DNA of 64,000 nt from an uncultured Bacteroidales bacterium (GCA_964453995.1 CAYVQC010000010.1:21509-85508); one strand, 5' to 3'; positions 1-10,189 are shown, counted from the stretch's first letter. Numbers and translations are program-made. Notes: a model not told the origin generated them from the letters alone.

Positions 1-377
1 TCAAGCAGCTGGGTTTTGCTGATGAGCTGTAGATTGATGGAATCAATTATTTCATTAAAAAATAGGTCATCCCTGGAAAGGGCGTAGAGTGAATCCACTT
101 TATCGTTTACAGCAGATAAATCTTCAAAATAATCATTGAGGAAACTTTCCTTCTCATTAAGCGTATAGGCCCTGATATTGCTTTCGGCCTGGTAAATGGA
201 AAACATGATATCGTGAAGCAGAGCAATGCGGGCGTTGGGCTGGGCAAGCACATCTGCAGAGCGGGTAAGTTGCCGAAAACTGGTAAAAGTAAAATAAAGA
301 AGGGAAGTGATCAGAATAATGATCAAGGCATAACTGAAGAAAACCTTCGTTTTGATGTACTTGTCTTCTTTGCTCAT
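1..377 (-). CDS. N-terminal part of a membrane-bound sensor protein (TM helix + CHASE3/four-helix-like periplasmic domain), probably a hybrid histidine kinase; truncated by the window edge
   Basis: Not in the ORF track; translated by hand from ATG at 377: MSKEDKYIKTKVFFSYALIIILITSLLYFTFTSFRQLTRSADVLAQPNARIALLHDIMFSIYQAESNIRAYTL..., open to position 1. The 'AESNIRAY' segment resembles the CHASE3 'aEtgqRGY' motif. Confidence 0.6.
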   Translation of the reverse strand, partial: MSKEDKYIKTKVFFSYALIIILITSLLYFTFTSFRQLTRSADVLAQPNARIALLHDIMFSIYQAESNIRAYTLNEKESFLNDYFEDLSAVNDKVDSLYALSRDDLFFNEIIDSINLQLISKTQLL

Positions 378-694
378 ATCTTATCAGATGAATGCTGTGC
401 GATCAGGAAAATTATCCCTGCGGTTATTGAGAGGCATTGCTATAAACATTGTAGGGATAATGAGATCGAAATTACAAAATGTTTGCCTCAATGAGCATTT
501 ACACAATTTACTAACAGTCAGCAAATTAAAACAGCACCTACTAAAGCATAGCTCTGAATATGCGATAATAATCAACAGTTTAGGCAAAAAAATTCACATA
601 TCCGTATGAAAAGATAACTCCATTGGCATAGTTTCATTGCATTGTGGCAAGAAAAACGTGGAAGAAATTAATGGTAGGTAAAGCCGACCCGTTA

Positions 695-2176
695 TCAGGT
701 ACCACAAAAGGTTTGATACCCTTTATCTCCCTGTGGTGGTGGGGACTGGAAAAACTCATTGGCCTCCTGGCGTTCGTAGGGTTTGGAGAGAACCTTCATT
801 AGTGCATGCAAGGGTTTGTAATCGCTCATTACCGCTGACTCCAGGGCATTCTCTACCAGGTGATTACGTGGAATCACAAAAGGATTGGACCGTTTCATTA
901 TTTCCAGGGCCTTGTGTTGTTTTTCTTTAGCATTGCCGATCCTTTGTTTCCAGTGGCTGAGCCATTGCCGAAACGGCTCCTGTTGGTACAAGTTTGCCGC
1001 ATCTGGATTGGATCCTGTCAGGGTTCTCTCCAGATGGATAAAAGTATTGGTATAGTCGGCCTGGTTGGTCTGCATCCATTGGAGCAGTTGCTCCACCATT
1101 ACAGGATCATTTTGGCCAAACTCCTCAATACCAAGCTTCTGACCCATCATGGTAAAATATTTCCGGCTAAAAACATTCTCAAAATCTTCCAGCACCTGTT
1201 TAACCATTTCGGTGGCTTTTTTTTCATCCTTATGGATAAGTGCTAAAAGGGTTACGGCAAAGCAACCCAGGTTCCATTGCATAATTCCGGGTTGATTGCC
1301 GAAGGCATATCTTCCATGATGGTCAATTGAACTGAAAACTTTTTGAGGATGATAGTCATTGAGAAAAGCACAGGGGCCATAATCGAAAGTTTCTGCAGGA
1401 ATGCCTGTATTGTCGGTATTCATCACGCCATGAATAAACCCCACTCTCATCCATTGGGCAATAAGATCGGCCTGCTTCACCATAACCGCACGCAACAGCT
1501 CAAGAGCTGGGTTTTCAGCATCTTCAATTTCCGGATAATGCCTTTGAATAACATACCGGGTAAACTCTTCCAGCAAATGGGGTTGCATGTATCTGATATA
1601 TTCAAAGGTGCCCACGCGAATGTGGCTTGAGGCGACCCTGGTAAGAACTGCACCCTGGTGTACTGTTTCCCTGTAAACCTGCTCTCCTGTAGTTACTACG
1701 GCAAGACTGCGCGATGATGGAATCCCCAGGAAGTGTACAGCCTCACTCACCAGATACTCCCTAAGCATGGAATACAATGTAGCTTTTCCATCGCCACTCC
1801 TGGAATAGGGTGTTTGTCCTGATCCTTTAAACTGTATATCCTTTCTTTTGCCATCAGGAGTGATTTGTTCTCCCAGCAAAATGGCGCGCCCATCACCCAG
1901 CATGGTGAAATAGCCAAACTGATGACCGGCATAGGCCTGCGAAAGAGGTTCTGATCCTGTGGGAAGCACATTTCCTGCAAAGATGGATGCAACGGAAGAA
2001 TTATAAGGATCGGGCACCGCAATTCCCAAGTCTTTGGCAAGGGTATCATTCCACAACACCATTGTGGGCTGTTTTACCGGTTTGGGATTCACCCGGGAAA
2101 ATAGTTTTTCATTCAACCTTGCGTAGGTATTGTCAAAATTAAACTTGACAACATTGTTTAAAGCATCGTTTTTCAT
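695..2176 (-). CDS. selO: Protein adenylyltransferase SelO/YdiU family
   Basis: AYAGHQFG, LGDGRA, KGSGQTPYSRSGDG, REYLVSEA, GFIHGVMNTDN, FDYGP and C-terminal YQTFCGT. ATG at 2176 or 2182 preferred to the TTG at 2194. Confidence 0.93.
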   Translation of the reverse strand: MKNDALNNVVKFNFDNTYARLNEKLFSRVNPKPVKQPTMVLWNDTLAKDLGIAVPDPYNSSVASIFAGNVLPTGSEPLSQAYAGHQFGYFTMLGDGRAILLGEQITPDGKRKDIQFKGSGQTPYSRSGDGKATLYSMLREYLVSEAVHFLGIPSSRSLAVVTTGEQVYRETVHQGAVLTRVASSHIRVGTFEYIRYMQPHLLEEFTRYVIQRHYPEIEDAENPALELLRAVMVKQADLIAQWMRVGFIHGVMNTDNTGIPAETFDYGPCAFLNDYHPQKVFSSIDHHGRYAFGNQPGIMQWNLGCFAVTLLALIHKDEKKATEMVKQVLEDFENVFSRKYFTMMGQKLGIEEFGQNDPVMVEQLLQWMQTNQADYTNTFIHLERTLTGSNPDAANLYQQEPFRQWLSHWKQRIGNAKEKQHKALEIMKRSNPFVIPRNHLVENALESAVMSDYKPLHALMKVLSKPYERQEANEFFQSPPPQGDKGYQTFCGT

Positions 2177-2240
2177 GAACATGAAACAGGACAAATGGAT
2201 GCAGGTTCAAAATTGTTTTCAGAATCGCGCCTGAAAGAAT

Positions 2241-2268
2241 AAAAAAAAAAGCCGGGAAACTCCCGGCT
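2241..2268 (-). terminator. Intrinsic terminator of hsp20
   Basis: Minus strand AGCCGGGA-GTT-TCCCGGCT followed by a U-tract. Confidence 0.85.
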
Positions 2269-2288
2269 CAAACATTAAACCAATCTGC

Positions 2289-2756
2289 TTATGAAATTTC
2301 AATCTGTTTTACAGGCTTGGGTTTTACTTCCTCGCGCTTGGGAAGATGGATGTACAAAATTCCATTGTCGTATTTTGCAGATATCTTTTCTGCATTCACC
2401 ACTCTTTCAGGTATTGTAAAAGAGCGTTGGAAAGACTGGTAGCTGAATTCGCGGCGTGTTATTTTCTCCCCTTCCTTTTCTACATTTTCATTTTTCTTTT
2501 CAGAAACAATGGTTAGTCTTCCATTGTCAAAATCAATTTTGAAATCATCCTTTTTCATGCCGGGAACGGCTACCTCAAGCATATACTCATCATTGTTTTC
2601 CTTCACATTCACAGCAGGAAGGGTGCTGTTGGTGTCAGAGAAATTACTGTTGTTCCAGTCCATCATATCTCCTTCAAAGAATTTATCTATCAATGAAGGA
2701 AGATTCGGAAACCAAGGATTTGAAATTCTAGCCAGTGTCATAGTTTTATCCTCCAT
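2289..2756 (-). CDS. Small heat shock protein, Hsp20/alpha-crystallin family
   Basis: LPAVNVKE, EVAVPGMKKDDF, RREFSYQSFQRSFTIP, AKYDNGIL, C-terminal IEI motif. Confidence 0.95.
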   Translation of the reverse strand: MEDKTMTLARISNPWFPNLPSLIDKFFEGDMMDWNNSNFSDTNSTLPAVNVKENNDEYMLEVAVPGMKKDDFKIDFDNGRLTIVSEKKNENVEKEGEKITRREFSYQSFQRSFTIPERVVNAEKISAKYDNGILYIHLPKREEVKPKPVKQIEIS

Positions 2757-2940
2757 TTTTTAGTTAAACATCAGATTAATTAATTTTTATGTGTAAGGTT
2801 GTTCAGGATTTTTTTCTCCACCTGTTTCGCCAAGATGGAGATCCCTGGAACCATGGGGTATTAATTTTACGGTTTTTCATAACAGACTCTCCATATTTTG
2901 GGTTATACCTTGTTAGTTTTGCGATCCGGTTTTGGTGTTT

Positions 2941-2955
2941 TCAATTTGTGTGCCA
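2941..2955 (-). promoter_or_regulatory. Candidate sigma54 (-24/-12) promoter of hsp20
   Basis: Minus strand TGGCAC-ACAAA-TTGA, matching TGGCAC-N5-TTGC/A with correct spacing. Confidence 0.6.
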
Positions 2956-3066
2956 GTCCGTACCAAAATATCTTACCAAAAACCATTATTCCTCACAAAT
3001 TTCTCAACCACTGAAATTTACAACAAAACAACTCCTCGCTAAGTCAAAAAAACAAACCCCTCATAT

Positions 3067-3108
3067 GCCATATTGACACCCCTCAACGTGGCGAAGTGTC
3101 AACATGGC
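3067..3108. promoter_or_regulatory. Inverted repeat, candidate enhancer-binding-protein site
   Basis: GCCATATTGACAC (3067-3079) and GTGTCAACATGGC (3096-3108), 12/13 match, about 110-150 bp upstream of the sigma54 motif. Confidence 0.5.
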
Positions 3109-3204
3109 GCTTATTGAATATATGGTCTTGTAAAGATTGTCAGAAATTCTAATGATAACCGTGAAAACTAATACCCCTGTTAATTGTTCCTATAAAAAAC
3201 AGCT

Positions 3205-4500
3205 ATGCAAAAAGTAAGTATATTCTGGTTTCGTCGCGATTTGCGCTTGCACGATAATAAGGGGTTGTGGCATGCTTTGCAGAACAACAAAAAAGTTTTA
3301 CCCCTGTTTATTTTCGACACAGATATAATTGACAGTCTCCCGGCAAAAGATGCAAGAGTTGAATTTATCCACCAAAGTCTGGAAGAAATCCATGACCAGC
3401 TTTCCACCCGCAAAAAAGGCATTCATATTGAAAAAGGAAAACCTTTGGATGTTATATCAAAACTGATCAAAGAGTATGAGGTGCAGGCAATTTATGCCAA
3501 CAAAGATCACGAACCTTACGGTATACAACGAGACGAAAAGATAAAAAACCTTCTCAAGGATGAAAATATCCCATTCCATACCTACCTGGATCATCTGCTG
3601 TTTGAAAAAGAAGAAGTCGTAAAAGGAGATGGAGCACCTTACACTGTATTTACGCCCTATGCAAAAAAATGCCGGCAACTTTTAGATAAAAAGCATCTTA
3701 AGCATTATGCCTCAGAGGATCTGCTCAGCAACTTCATCAACTACAAAGTATCCTTTCCCTCTTTATCCTCCCTGGGCTTTGAAAGTTCAGGAATAGCTTT
3801 CCCGGGTCATAAAAACAAAGAATCTGTTATCGACACTTACGATAAAACACGCGATTACCCTGCTACCCATGGAACTACAAGGCTTGGGGTTCATTTGCGC
3901 TTTGGCACGATAAGCATACGACAGCTTGCCAAACATGCACTAGAAGCCAATGATACCTTTTTTAATGAACTGCTCTGGCGGGAATTCTATGCCATGATAC
4001 TCTGGAACTATCCCTCGGTTGTAAACGAATCGTTTAAGGCAAAGTATGACAATATTAAGTGGAGAAACAACAGGAAAGAATTTGAATTATGGAAAGAGGG
4101 CAAAACAGGCTATCCTATGGTTGATGCCGGGATGCGGGAACTGGCCCGCACAGGTTATATGCATAACCGGTTGCGCATGATTACTGCAAGTTTTCTGACC
4201 AAACACCTGCTGATAGACTGGCGCTGGGGTGAGGCATGGTTTGCAGAAAAACTGCTGGACTATGAATTATCCAGCAACAACGGAGGTTGGCAATGGAGTG
4301 CCGGAAGCGGTTGCGATGCAGCACCTTATTTTAGAATCTTCAATCCTGCCGAACAGCAGAAAAAATTCGACCCGAAGGGTGAGTATATAAAAAAATGGGT
4401 TCCGGAAATAGATTCAACAGACTATCCGCAACCCATGGTAGAACATAAATATGCTAGAGAACGGTGTTTGAAGGAGTTCAAGAACGCCCTTAACAACTGA
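3205..4500 (+). CDS. phrB: Deoxyribodipyrimidine photolyase (class I CPD type)
   Basis: WFRRDLRLHDN, ELLWREF, GKTGYPMVDAGMREL, MHNRLRMITASFL, NNGGWQWSA, PYFRIFNP. Confidence 0.95.
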   Translation: MQKVSIFWFRRDLRLHDNKGLWHALQNNKKVLPLFIFDTDIIDSLPAKDARVEFIHQSLEEIHDQLSTRKKGIHIEKGKPLDVISKLIKEYEVQAIYANKDHEPYGIQRDEKIKNLLKDENIPFHTYLDHLLFEKEEVVKGDGAPYTVFTPYAKKCRQLLDKKHLKHYASEDLLSNFINYKVSFPSLSSLGFESSGIAFPGHKNKESVIDTYDKTRDYPATHGTTRLGVHLRFGTISIRQLAKHALEANDTFFNELLWREFYAMILWNYPSVVNESFKAKYDNIKWRNNRKEFELWKEGKTGYPMVDAGMRELARTGYMHNRLRMITASFLTKHLLIDWRWGEAWFAEKLLDYELSSNNGGWQWSAGSGCDAAPYFRIFNPAEQQKKFDPKGEYIKKWVPEIDSTDYPQPMVEHKYARERCLKEFKNALNN

Positions 4501-4503
4501 AAA

Positions 4504-4962
4504 TTAATTCAGTTGGGCTTCACTTCCATCGTACTTCCAGTCTTCATTTTGTTCTTCGTACCAGTTTTCATCTTCATAATACTGGTCGTCCAATGATATA
4601 TCAACAAGCCATTTCCCGTCGATGTAGCTGAGTTTTATCTCTTCCAGTTCACCAATATACCAATAGTTGCAAACCGCGGTATTTCCATCTTCGCTTATAA
4701 CACAATCAATGTCTTCCTCAGTGTATTCATTGGGTATATTACCATCCTCGTGGTGATATCCCACCGAGGCAAGAGATTCCATCATATTGAGTAGTTCCCT
4801 TGTAGATTCTGTTCCGTAAATAGCAGCTTGTTGGTATTCTCCGGCTACATAATGGTTGGCAAATTTTTTCGCAACTGTTTCCGGACCTTCTTCTCTCTTA
4901 CACGACACAAATACCAGAAGCATAATACTCAAAGCCATGAGAATTCTTACAGTATTCTTCAT
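4504..4962 (-). CDS. Lipoprotein, DUF4878/NTF2-like
   Basis: Lipobox FVSC followed by GPETVAKKF and DGKWLV; acidic tail. Confidence 0.55.
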   Translation of the reverse strand: MKNTVRILMALSIMLLVFVSCKREEGPETVAKKFANHYVAGEYQQAAIYGTESTRELLNMMESLASVGYHHEDGNIPNEYTEEDIDCVISEDGNTAVCNYWYIGELEEIKLSYIDGKWLVDISLDDQYYEDENWYEEQNEDWKYDGSEAQLN

Positions 4963-5003
4963 ATCTCACAAATTTAATTTCACTATTTCCAGCCCCTTGA
5001 TTG

Positions 5004-7346
5004 CTATTGGTGGCTGGCCATTTCCTGGGAAATATCAATGGTTATTTCCACTACTTTTTGCAGATTATCGTAATCGTCCATCACAGCTTTACTTACCCCT
5101 TTGACGATAAATGTGGATCCGTCTTTTCTTATTCTTTTCAGCGTCCCTGTAACGGGTTTACCTCTTCGGAGCATGTCCCAGAAAAGCCTGTAATTCTCCG
5201 AATTTTTCCAGTCCTTATTATCGAAGAAGATACTATGGTGCTTACCTTCGATTTCTTCAGCAGTATAACCGCTTACTTTATCAAAATTGGGGTTGGTTTT
5301 TCGTATGATTCCTTCAGCATCGTACTCCATTACACAAAAAAGCTTTTCGGTAGTATCGGCAAGGCCCTGGATTTCTTTATCCTTACGCATCATCTCTTCC
5401 TGGGTGGCATGCATTTCTTCCATATTCTGGCGCATCTCCTCTTCCTGTGCCCTCATTTCCTCAGCTTGCTGTTGCGACTGCTCCAGTAAATATGCAGTGC
5501 GCAGATTTATTTTTACTGATGAAATGGTACTGGCAATATTTTCAGCTACTTTTTGAACGAATTCGATCTGATGAGATTCAAAGGGATGAAATGAAGCCAT
5601 TTCAATTACACCGTATACCTCTTCATTGAGCAAAAGAGGCATAATTAAAAGGCAGCATGGATTCTCATCTCCAAGCCCTGAAGTTATTTGTATGTAATCC
5701 TTGGGGATGTCAGTCAGCAGGATATGTTTCTTTTCCAGGTAACAGGCACCTACAAGGCCTTCGCCAATATCTATCCTGCGGGTAAGATATTTTTTCCGAT
5801 CATAGGCGTAGCATGCTGTTAACTCAAGAAATTTATCATCTTTATTTTCATCATTAATCAGGAAAACACCTCCCTGGTTGGCATTCAGGTACTTCACAAG
5901 GTTTTTAATGATGTTGAAGGTCAGTTCTTCCAGGTTATCGTTGTTGAACCTGAGGATATCCGCAAATTTCGCCTGCCCCTGGGTTGTCCAGTTTCTTTTT
6001 TCATCTTCTTTTTTCCTTATTTGTTCTTCCTTTCTCGCTTTGGCAAGGCTATCGCGCATATTCAGCAATGCACTACCAAGAGAATCTCTTTCACCCAGCT
6101 TTTCATAGGAAACCTCCAGTTCTCCCTCACCAATTCTTTGGGCAAAGTTTGCGGTATCTTTAAGACCAGTAACAAGCTTATTCAGGCTGTCAGCCATTTG
6201 TGCGATCTCATCTTCGCCTTTTACCTGCAGAGTTTTTGCACTTTTCAGATCACCAACAGAAAGTGTATTTAACAAATCAGTGGTACGGGCAAGTGGGTTG
6301 GCAATTCGTGCTGCAACCAGGTAAATTACCCATGCCAGGATGACCAATCCCAGCACTGCCACAACAATTGAATAGAAAAGCATTCTGTTTGCCTCAGCCA
6401 TGATAAAAGCACGAGGAACAACAATGGCCAACGACCAGGGTGTACCTGTATCGCCAATTTGCACAGGGGCATAGGCATGGAAAGCTTCCTTTTGTAGCAA
6501 ATCGCTGTATGAGTAATGTTCTTCAAAGGTTCCATTGCTTACAAAAGCACCTATCTCAAATTGCTCATAATACTCAGGATTTACATCGCCAATTTTATTG
6601 CCAAGCAATGTATTGTTGGGATGCCCCACAAAAGTACCGTCATTGGAAAGCAGATAAGCGTATCCAACACCAAAGGGCTTTATGGAATCAATCAGTTCCT
6701 GGAATCTGTCAAGAATTATATCGGCACCCGCAAGTCCGGCAAAACCTCCATCCTGTATCAATGGAATACAGGGGCTTACTTCAAGCACGCGATCGTCATC
6801 ACCCCCCGTGTAGCTGTACCAGTAGGGATTGGTGATGGTTTGTTTCATGCTGAGTTTAATCTGTTCATACAGGCTGCCGGGATCATCTCCCTCCAGGTTG
6901 AGGGTATCGCGCTGAAAAATAATCCTTCCATCTTGGCGTACCCAGGTATACCTTACCCTTCCATAGGGCAGGTCATACTCTGGCAGCAATGCATTTAACT
7001 CAAGACTTACCCATGTGGAATGGAATTCAGGATTGGTTGAAAGGTACTCATAAAGGATTGGCGAAATGATCTCTTCGGTAGAGTCTGAAGGAAAAACATT
7101 AAAATTCTTGAACGCCATGCCGAGCCCTTGGGTAAGACTAAAATCATTGTTGATTTCCTGGCTTACAAGGTTGGCATATTCACGCGCCTGCATCCGGGCC
7201 ATTTCAGTGGCATCAGCATATGCTTTGCTGCGCATGGTTAATGTAAGATAGCCAAAAGACAAAAGAAAAATGCTGAAAGAGATTGATATGATCAATAGCA
7301 GCAATTGATTTCTAAGGCTCATTTTATTTAACGATACCATGCCCAT
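5004..7346 (-). CDS. Membrane receptor: TM-dCache-TM-HAMP-GAF-coiled coil-PAS, no output domain
   Basis: TM at residues ~15-37; Cache motifs (TNPYWY, GLAGADI, GYAYLLSNDGTFVGHP); HAMP (DEIAQMADSLN); GAF (GEGLVGAC, YGVIEMAS); PAS (SGYTAEEIEGKHHS) at the C-terminus. Confidence 0.8.
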   Translation of the reverse strand: MGMVSLNKMSLRNQLLLLIISISFSIFLLSFGYLTLTMRSKAYADATEMARMQAREYANLVSQEINNDFSLTQGLGMAFKNFNVFPSDSTEEIISPILYEYLSTNPEFHSTWVSLELNALLPEYDLPYGRVRYTWVRQDGRIIFQRDTLNLEGDDPGSLYEQIKLSMKQTITNPYWYSYTGGDDDRVLEVSPCIPLIQDGGFAGLAGADIILDRFQELIDSIKPFGVGYAYLLSNDGTFVGHPNNTLLGNKIGDVNPEYYEQFEIGAFVSNGTFEEHYSYSDLLQKEAFHAYAPVQIGDTGTPWSLAIVVPRAFIMAEANRMLFYSIVVAVLGLVILAWVIYLVAARIANPLARTTDLLNTLSVGDLKSAKTLQVKGEDEIAQMADSLNKLVTGLKDTANFAQRIGEGELEVSYEKLGERDSLGSALLNMRDSLAKARKEEQIRKKEDEKRNWTTQGQAKFADILRFNNDNLEELTFNIIKNLVKYLNANQGGVFLINDENKDDKFLELTACYAYDRKKYLTRRIDIGEGLVGACYLEKKHILLTDIPKDYIQITSGLGDENPCCLLIMPLLLNEEVYGVIEMASFHPFESHQIEFVQKVAENIASTISSVKINLRTAYLLEQSQQQAEEMRAQEEEMRQNMEEMHATQEEMMRKDKEIQGLADTTEKLFCVMEYDAEGIIRKTNPNFDKVSGYTAEEIEGKHHSIFFDNKDWKNSENYRLFWDMLRRGKPVTGTLKRIRKDGSTFIVKGVSKAVMDDYDNLQKVVEITIDISQEMASHQ

Positions 7347-7466
7347 AGTACTTTTTATATTTTACAATTATTTGATATTTTCGGTTAAATTGTCTTAAAC
7401 CATTATGGTTTATAATGTTCCATCTTCGGGGAATGAACATAATACTATTTTCCGTTTTCGGAACCA

Positions 7467-7490
7467 AAGAAAAAACCGGGGTTAGCCGGT
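7467..7490 (-). terminator. Intrinsic terminator downstream of 7498-9435
   Basis: Minus strand ACCGG-CTAACC-CCGGT followed by TTTTTCTTT. Confidence 0.55.
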
Positions 7491-7497
7491 CTTTAAC

Positions 7498-9435
7498 TTA
7501 AGCATTTTCTGTTTTCTGAATCACATATAGTATTCTCGCAATAGCCCCATATTTATTGGTAATGTGTTTGAAAACCCCTTTGGTTTTCAAAGGAATACCA
7601 TCGCGGCGGATCAAATGAAACTGCCCTTCTAATGCAGCTCCATTAGCCAGGGTTTCTGTAATATCGGCCATGCCCTGGCCTTCGAGAAAACCTCTATCAA
7701 ACAGGGTGAAGAAACCCATATCATCTACTTCATACTCAGAATAAGAAAGCAGTCCGGCAAGAATAGGATTGAGCCTTCGTACTTTAAGATCGGGGGATAA
7801 CTCGGCAAATGGAACAGTATTATTCATGGCCTGGAAAAACCCTTCATTTTCTACTTCTTTTCTTTCCATTTCTTCCTGGGTAGCATTCATTTCTTCCATA
7901 TTCTGCCGCATTTCCTCCTCTTGTGCCCTCATTTCCTCACTTTGCTCCTGTGATTGGTGAAGTAATTCGGTAGTACGGATATTAATTTTTACACTGGAAA
8001 TCGTGGAAGCAATAGACTCGGCTACCTTCTCTACAAACTCTATCTGGTAGGGTTCTAATACCTTAAATGATGCTACTTCAATAACTCCGTAAATCTCGTC
8101 ATTCAATTTCAGAGGTACAATAAGGATACTTCTCGGATTGGAGTCACCCAGCCCGGAAGTAATATTAATGTAGCTTTGAGGCACATCAGTAAGAAAGATT
8201 GTTTCACCCTCCTGCAAACACGTGCCAACCAGTCCTTCGCCTTTTGCTATTTGCTTTTTAAGAAACTTACGGCGCTCATAGGCATAGCAGGCATTAAGTT
8301 CTACAATAGGCTCGGCCTCATCTTCATTCAAAATAAAAACACCTCCCTGGTTTGCATCAAGATAACTTACAAGGTTCTTGATTATACTGAATGAAAGTTC
8401 CTGAAGGTTATCATTGTTTTGTCTGAGAAGCTCAGCAAATTTAGCTACACCTTGTGTAGCCCAGTTTCTCTTGGTATCTTCCGTTTTTCTCTTTTCTTCT
8501 TCTTCTTTTGCTTTAAGAAGGCTTTCGCGCATATCAACCAGCGACATGCCCAGTGTATCCTCCTCACTCAGGGGTTTAAATTCGTTCTCAAAGTTTCCTT
8601 TACCAATTTCTGTGGCAAAGGTTACTTTTTCTTTAAGACCATCTATAAGGAAATTAAGTGCTTTGCTCATATCTCCTATTTCATCTTCTCTTGAAGGCAG
8701 TTTTTGCTCAGGCAATTTGCCCTCACCCATCATGTTGAGGATATTCCGGAGATAAATTACCGGTCTGGTAATCATTCTGATAAACACAGAAGCGATAATG
8801 ATTCCACCAATGACAATGATGATTCCAAGTAGCAAGCTCAGGCTCCTGAAACGATCAAGAGTAGTTTCCATATCACTCTGTCCATTCTCTACAATATTTC
8901 TTTGTACTTCGAGCAACTGGTCGAGATTTGCAAGGATTTGACCTGTATTGCTTACAATGGTGCCACCTTCTTCCATCATGGGCCTGATCTCAAAAATTAC
9001 CATGACATCATCGTAACTCATAAAATCAGACAGTTGGTCCATGACAGTCTCATAGGTGATGAGCAATTCTCCAACCAGCCTGAACACTTCCTGCAATTCA
9101 GCCTGTTGTTCTTCATTCCATTGTTGAGACATTTGCTCCAACTGGACCTTTAGCTCAGGATACTCTGTATTAAGCAGTTCTCTGAGCCGGTTTTTGTCTG
9201 GTGTATCATCAATGCTTTGAATAAAGATCCAGGTGCCGATCAGCTTTTCTGATTCAATGATCTGGTTCTTAAGCTCCATGAGCATATTCATGGAAGGCAC
9301 ATATACCTCGCTGTTGCGATCATTTACATTTTGAACTCTTACCAAGGTAAAGTAAATGGCGGTAATACTGATTAAAAAGAAAAGCAACAAAATGGTAAAG
9401 CCGATGCTAAGCTTTCTTCCAATGGTTAATCTCAT
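7498..9435 (-). CDS. Membrane receptor: TM-four-helix-bundle-TM-HAMP-GAF-coiled coil-PAS-like, paralog of 5004-7346
   Basis: MCP-like N-terminus MRLTIGRKLSIGF; HAMP (REDEIGDMSKALN); GAF (ANQGGVF, ACYAYER, GEGLVG); EEMRAQEEEMRQNMEEM coil shared with the neighbour. Confidence 0.8.
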   Translation of the reverse strand: MRLTIGRKLSIGFTILLLFFLISITAIYFTLVRVQNVNDRNSEVYVPSMNMLMELKNQIIESEKLIGTWIFIQSIDDTPDKNRLRELLNTEYPELKVQLEQMSQQWNEEQQAELQEVFRLVGELLITYETVMDQLSDFMSYDDVMVIFEIRPMMEEGGTIVSNTGQILANLDQLLEVQRNIVENGQSDMETTLDRFRSLSLLLGIIIVIGGIIIASVFIRMITRPVIYLRNILNMMGEGKLPEQKLPSREDEIGDMSKALNFLIDGLKEKVTFATEIGKGNFENEFKPLSEEDTLGMSLVDMRESLLKAKEEEEKRKTEDTKRNWATQGVAKFAELLRQNNDNLQELSFSIIKNLVSYLDANQGGVFILNEDEAEPIVELNACYAYERRKFLKKQIAKGEGLVGTCLQEGETIFLTDVPQSYINITSGLGDSNPRSILIVPLKLNDEIYGVIEVASFKVLEPYQIEFVEKVAESIASTISSVKINIRTTELLHQSQEQSEEMRAQEEEMRQNMEEMNATQEEMERKEVENEGFFQAMNNTVPFAELSPDLKVRRLNPILAGLLSYSEYEVDDMGFFTLFDRGFLEGQGMADITETLANGAALEGQFHLIRRDGIPLKTKGVFKHITNKYGAIARILYVIQKTENA

Positions 9436-9664
9436 TTGCAGTTTAAATTATATAAACTATTAATACTATTTGCTTTGCAGGCTAAAAGTACAAAAATTGT
9501 ATAATAGTGAATGAAAAAACTATGTTTAAGCCAGTTACATGATTCTCGCAGCAGGCCTGAAAAAAGCGTATTTACGACAAAAGGAGCTTTAAACCGGCTA
9601 ATAGGCTAAAAATGGCAAACTTAAAATTTATTCACCTTTAGCTCTCTTAAATTGTTGAGTATAC

Positions 9665-10189
9665 TTAATCTGCAAGAATAGCAAGGCGGGCAATTTCACC
9701 ACCTGGATTAAGGCCCATAGCCCGGGCGTTTTCCTGGCTTAGCTCAAAGCGCTGACGACTGTCAATTACAGTAAAGTTGATCACTGCTCCGTCATTTATT
9801 CCTCCACGGCTATCAGAAACTACAAGGGCATGAATATTCTTGGCTTTCAGGGCAGCAACAATCTCAGGCAATTTGCGGCTTTGATTGGCAGGCACATAAA
9901 GAATGTGACATTTAGAGAGCTCCTGAGGTGAATTAAACCTTTTTGCAACAATGGTCTGGTTTCCGGCTCTTTTGGTACTGGCCATTGACTCAACCTCTTT
10001 CTGCATGGATGAATTGCCATAAACGGCAACAATAAAATCACCACTCTGGTAGTCCGCAGGCCATGCTATAAGACGGGTAAAATTGTACAGAAATACTGAT
10101 TGGATCCTTGTATCTGACTGTGCTTTAACCTGAAAGGCGAAGAGCATAATCATGGCTAGTGAAAAAGTAAAGTAAAAGATCTTTCTCAT
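9665..10189 (-). CDS. YfiR/DUF4154 family periplasmic protein
   Basis: Signal peptide (VKA-Q); FLYNFTRLIAWP, CHILYV, INF...RFE motifs. Confidence 0.85.
   Translation of the reverse strand: MRKIFYFTFSLAMIMLFAFQVKAQSDTRIQSVFLYNFTRLIAWPADYQSGDFIVAVYGNSSMQKEVESMASTKRAGNQTIVAKRFNSPQELSKCHILYVPANQSRKLPEIVAALKAKNIHALVVSDSRGGINDGAVINFTVIDSRQRFELSQENARAMGLNPGGEIARLAILAD

Noticed and set aside
624..640. TGGCAT...TTGC as a sigma54 promoter
   Set aside because: The spacer is 7 nt rather than 5, and there is no + strand gene downstream.
692..712. TGA at the end of selO as selenocysteine
   Set aside because: The protein ends in the usual Cys-type TFCGT, and the TGA is immediately followed by TAA, so it is a plain stop.
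5004..9435. Calling the receptors methyl-accepting chemotaxis proteins
   Set aside because: There is no MCP signalling hairpin (no LLALNAAIEAARAGE-like motif).
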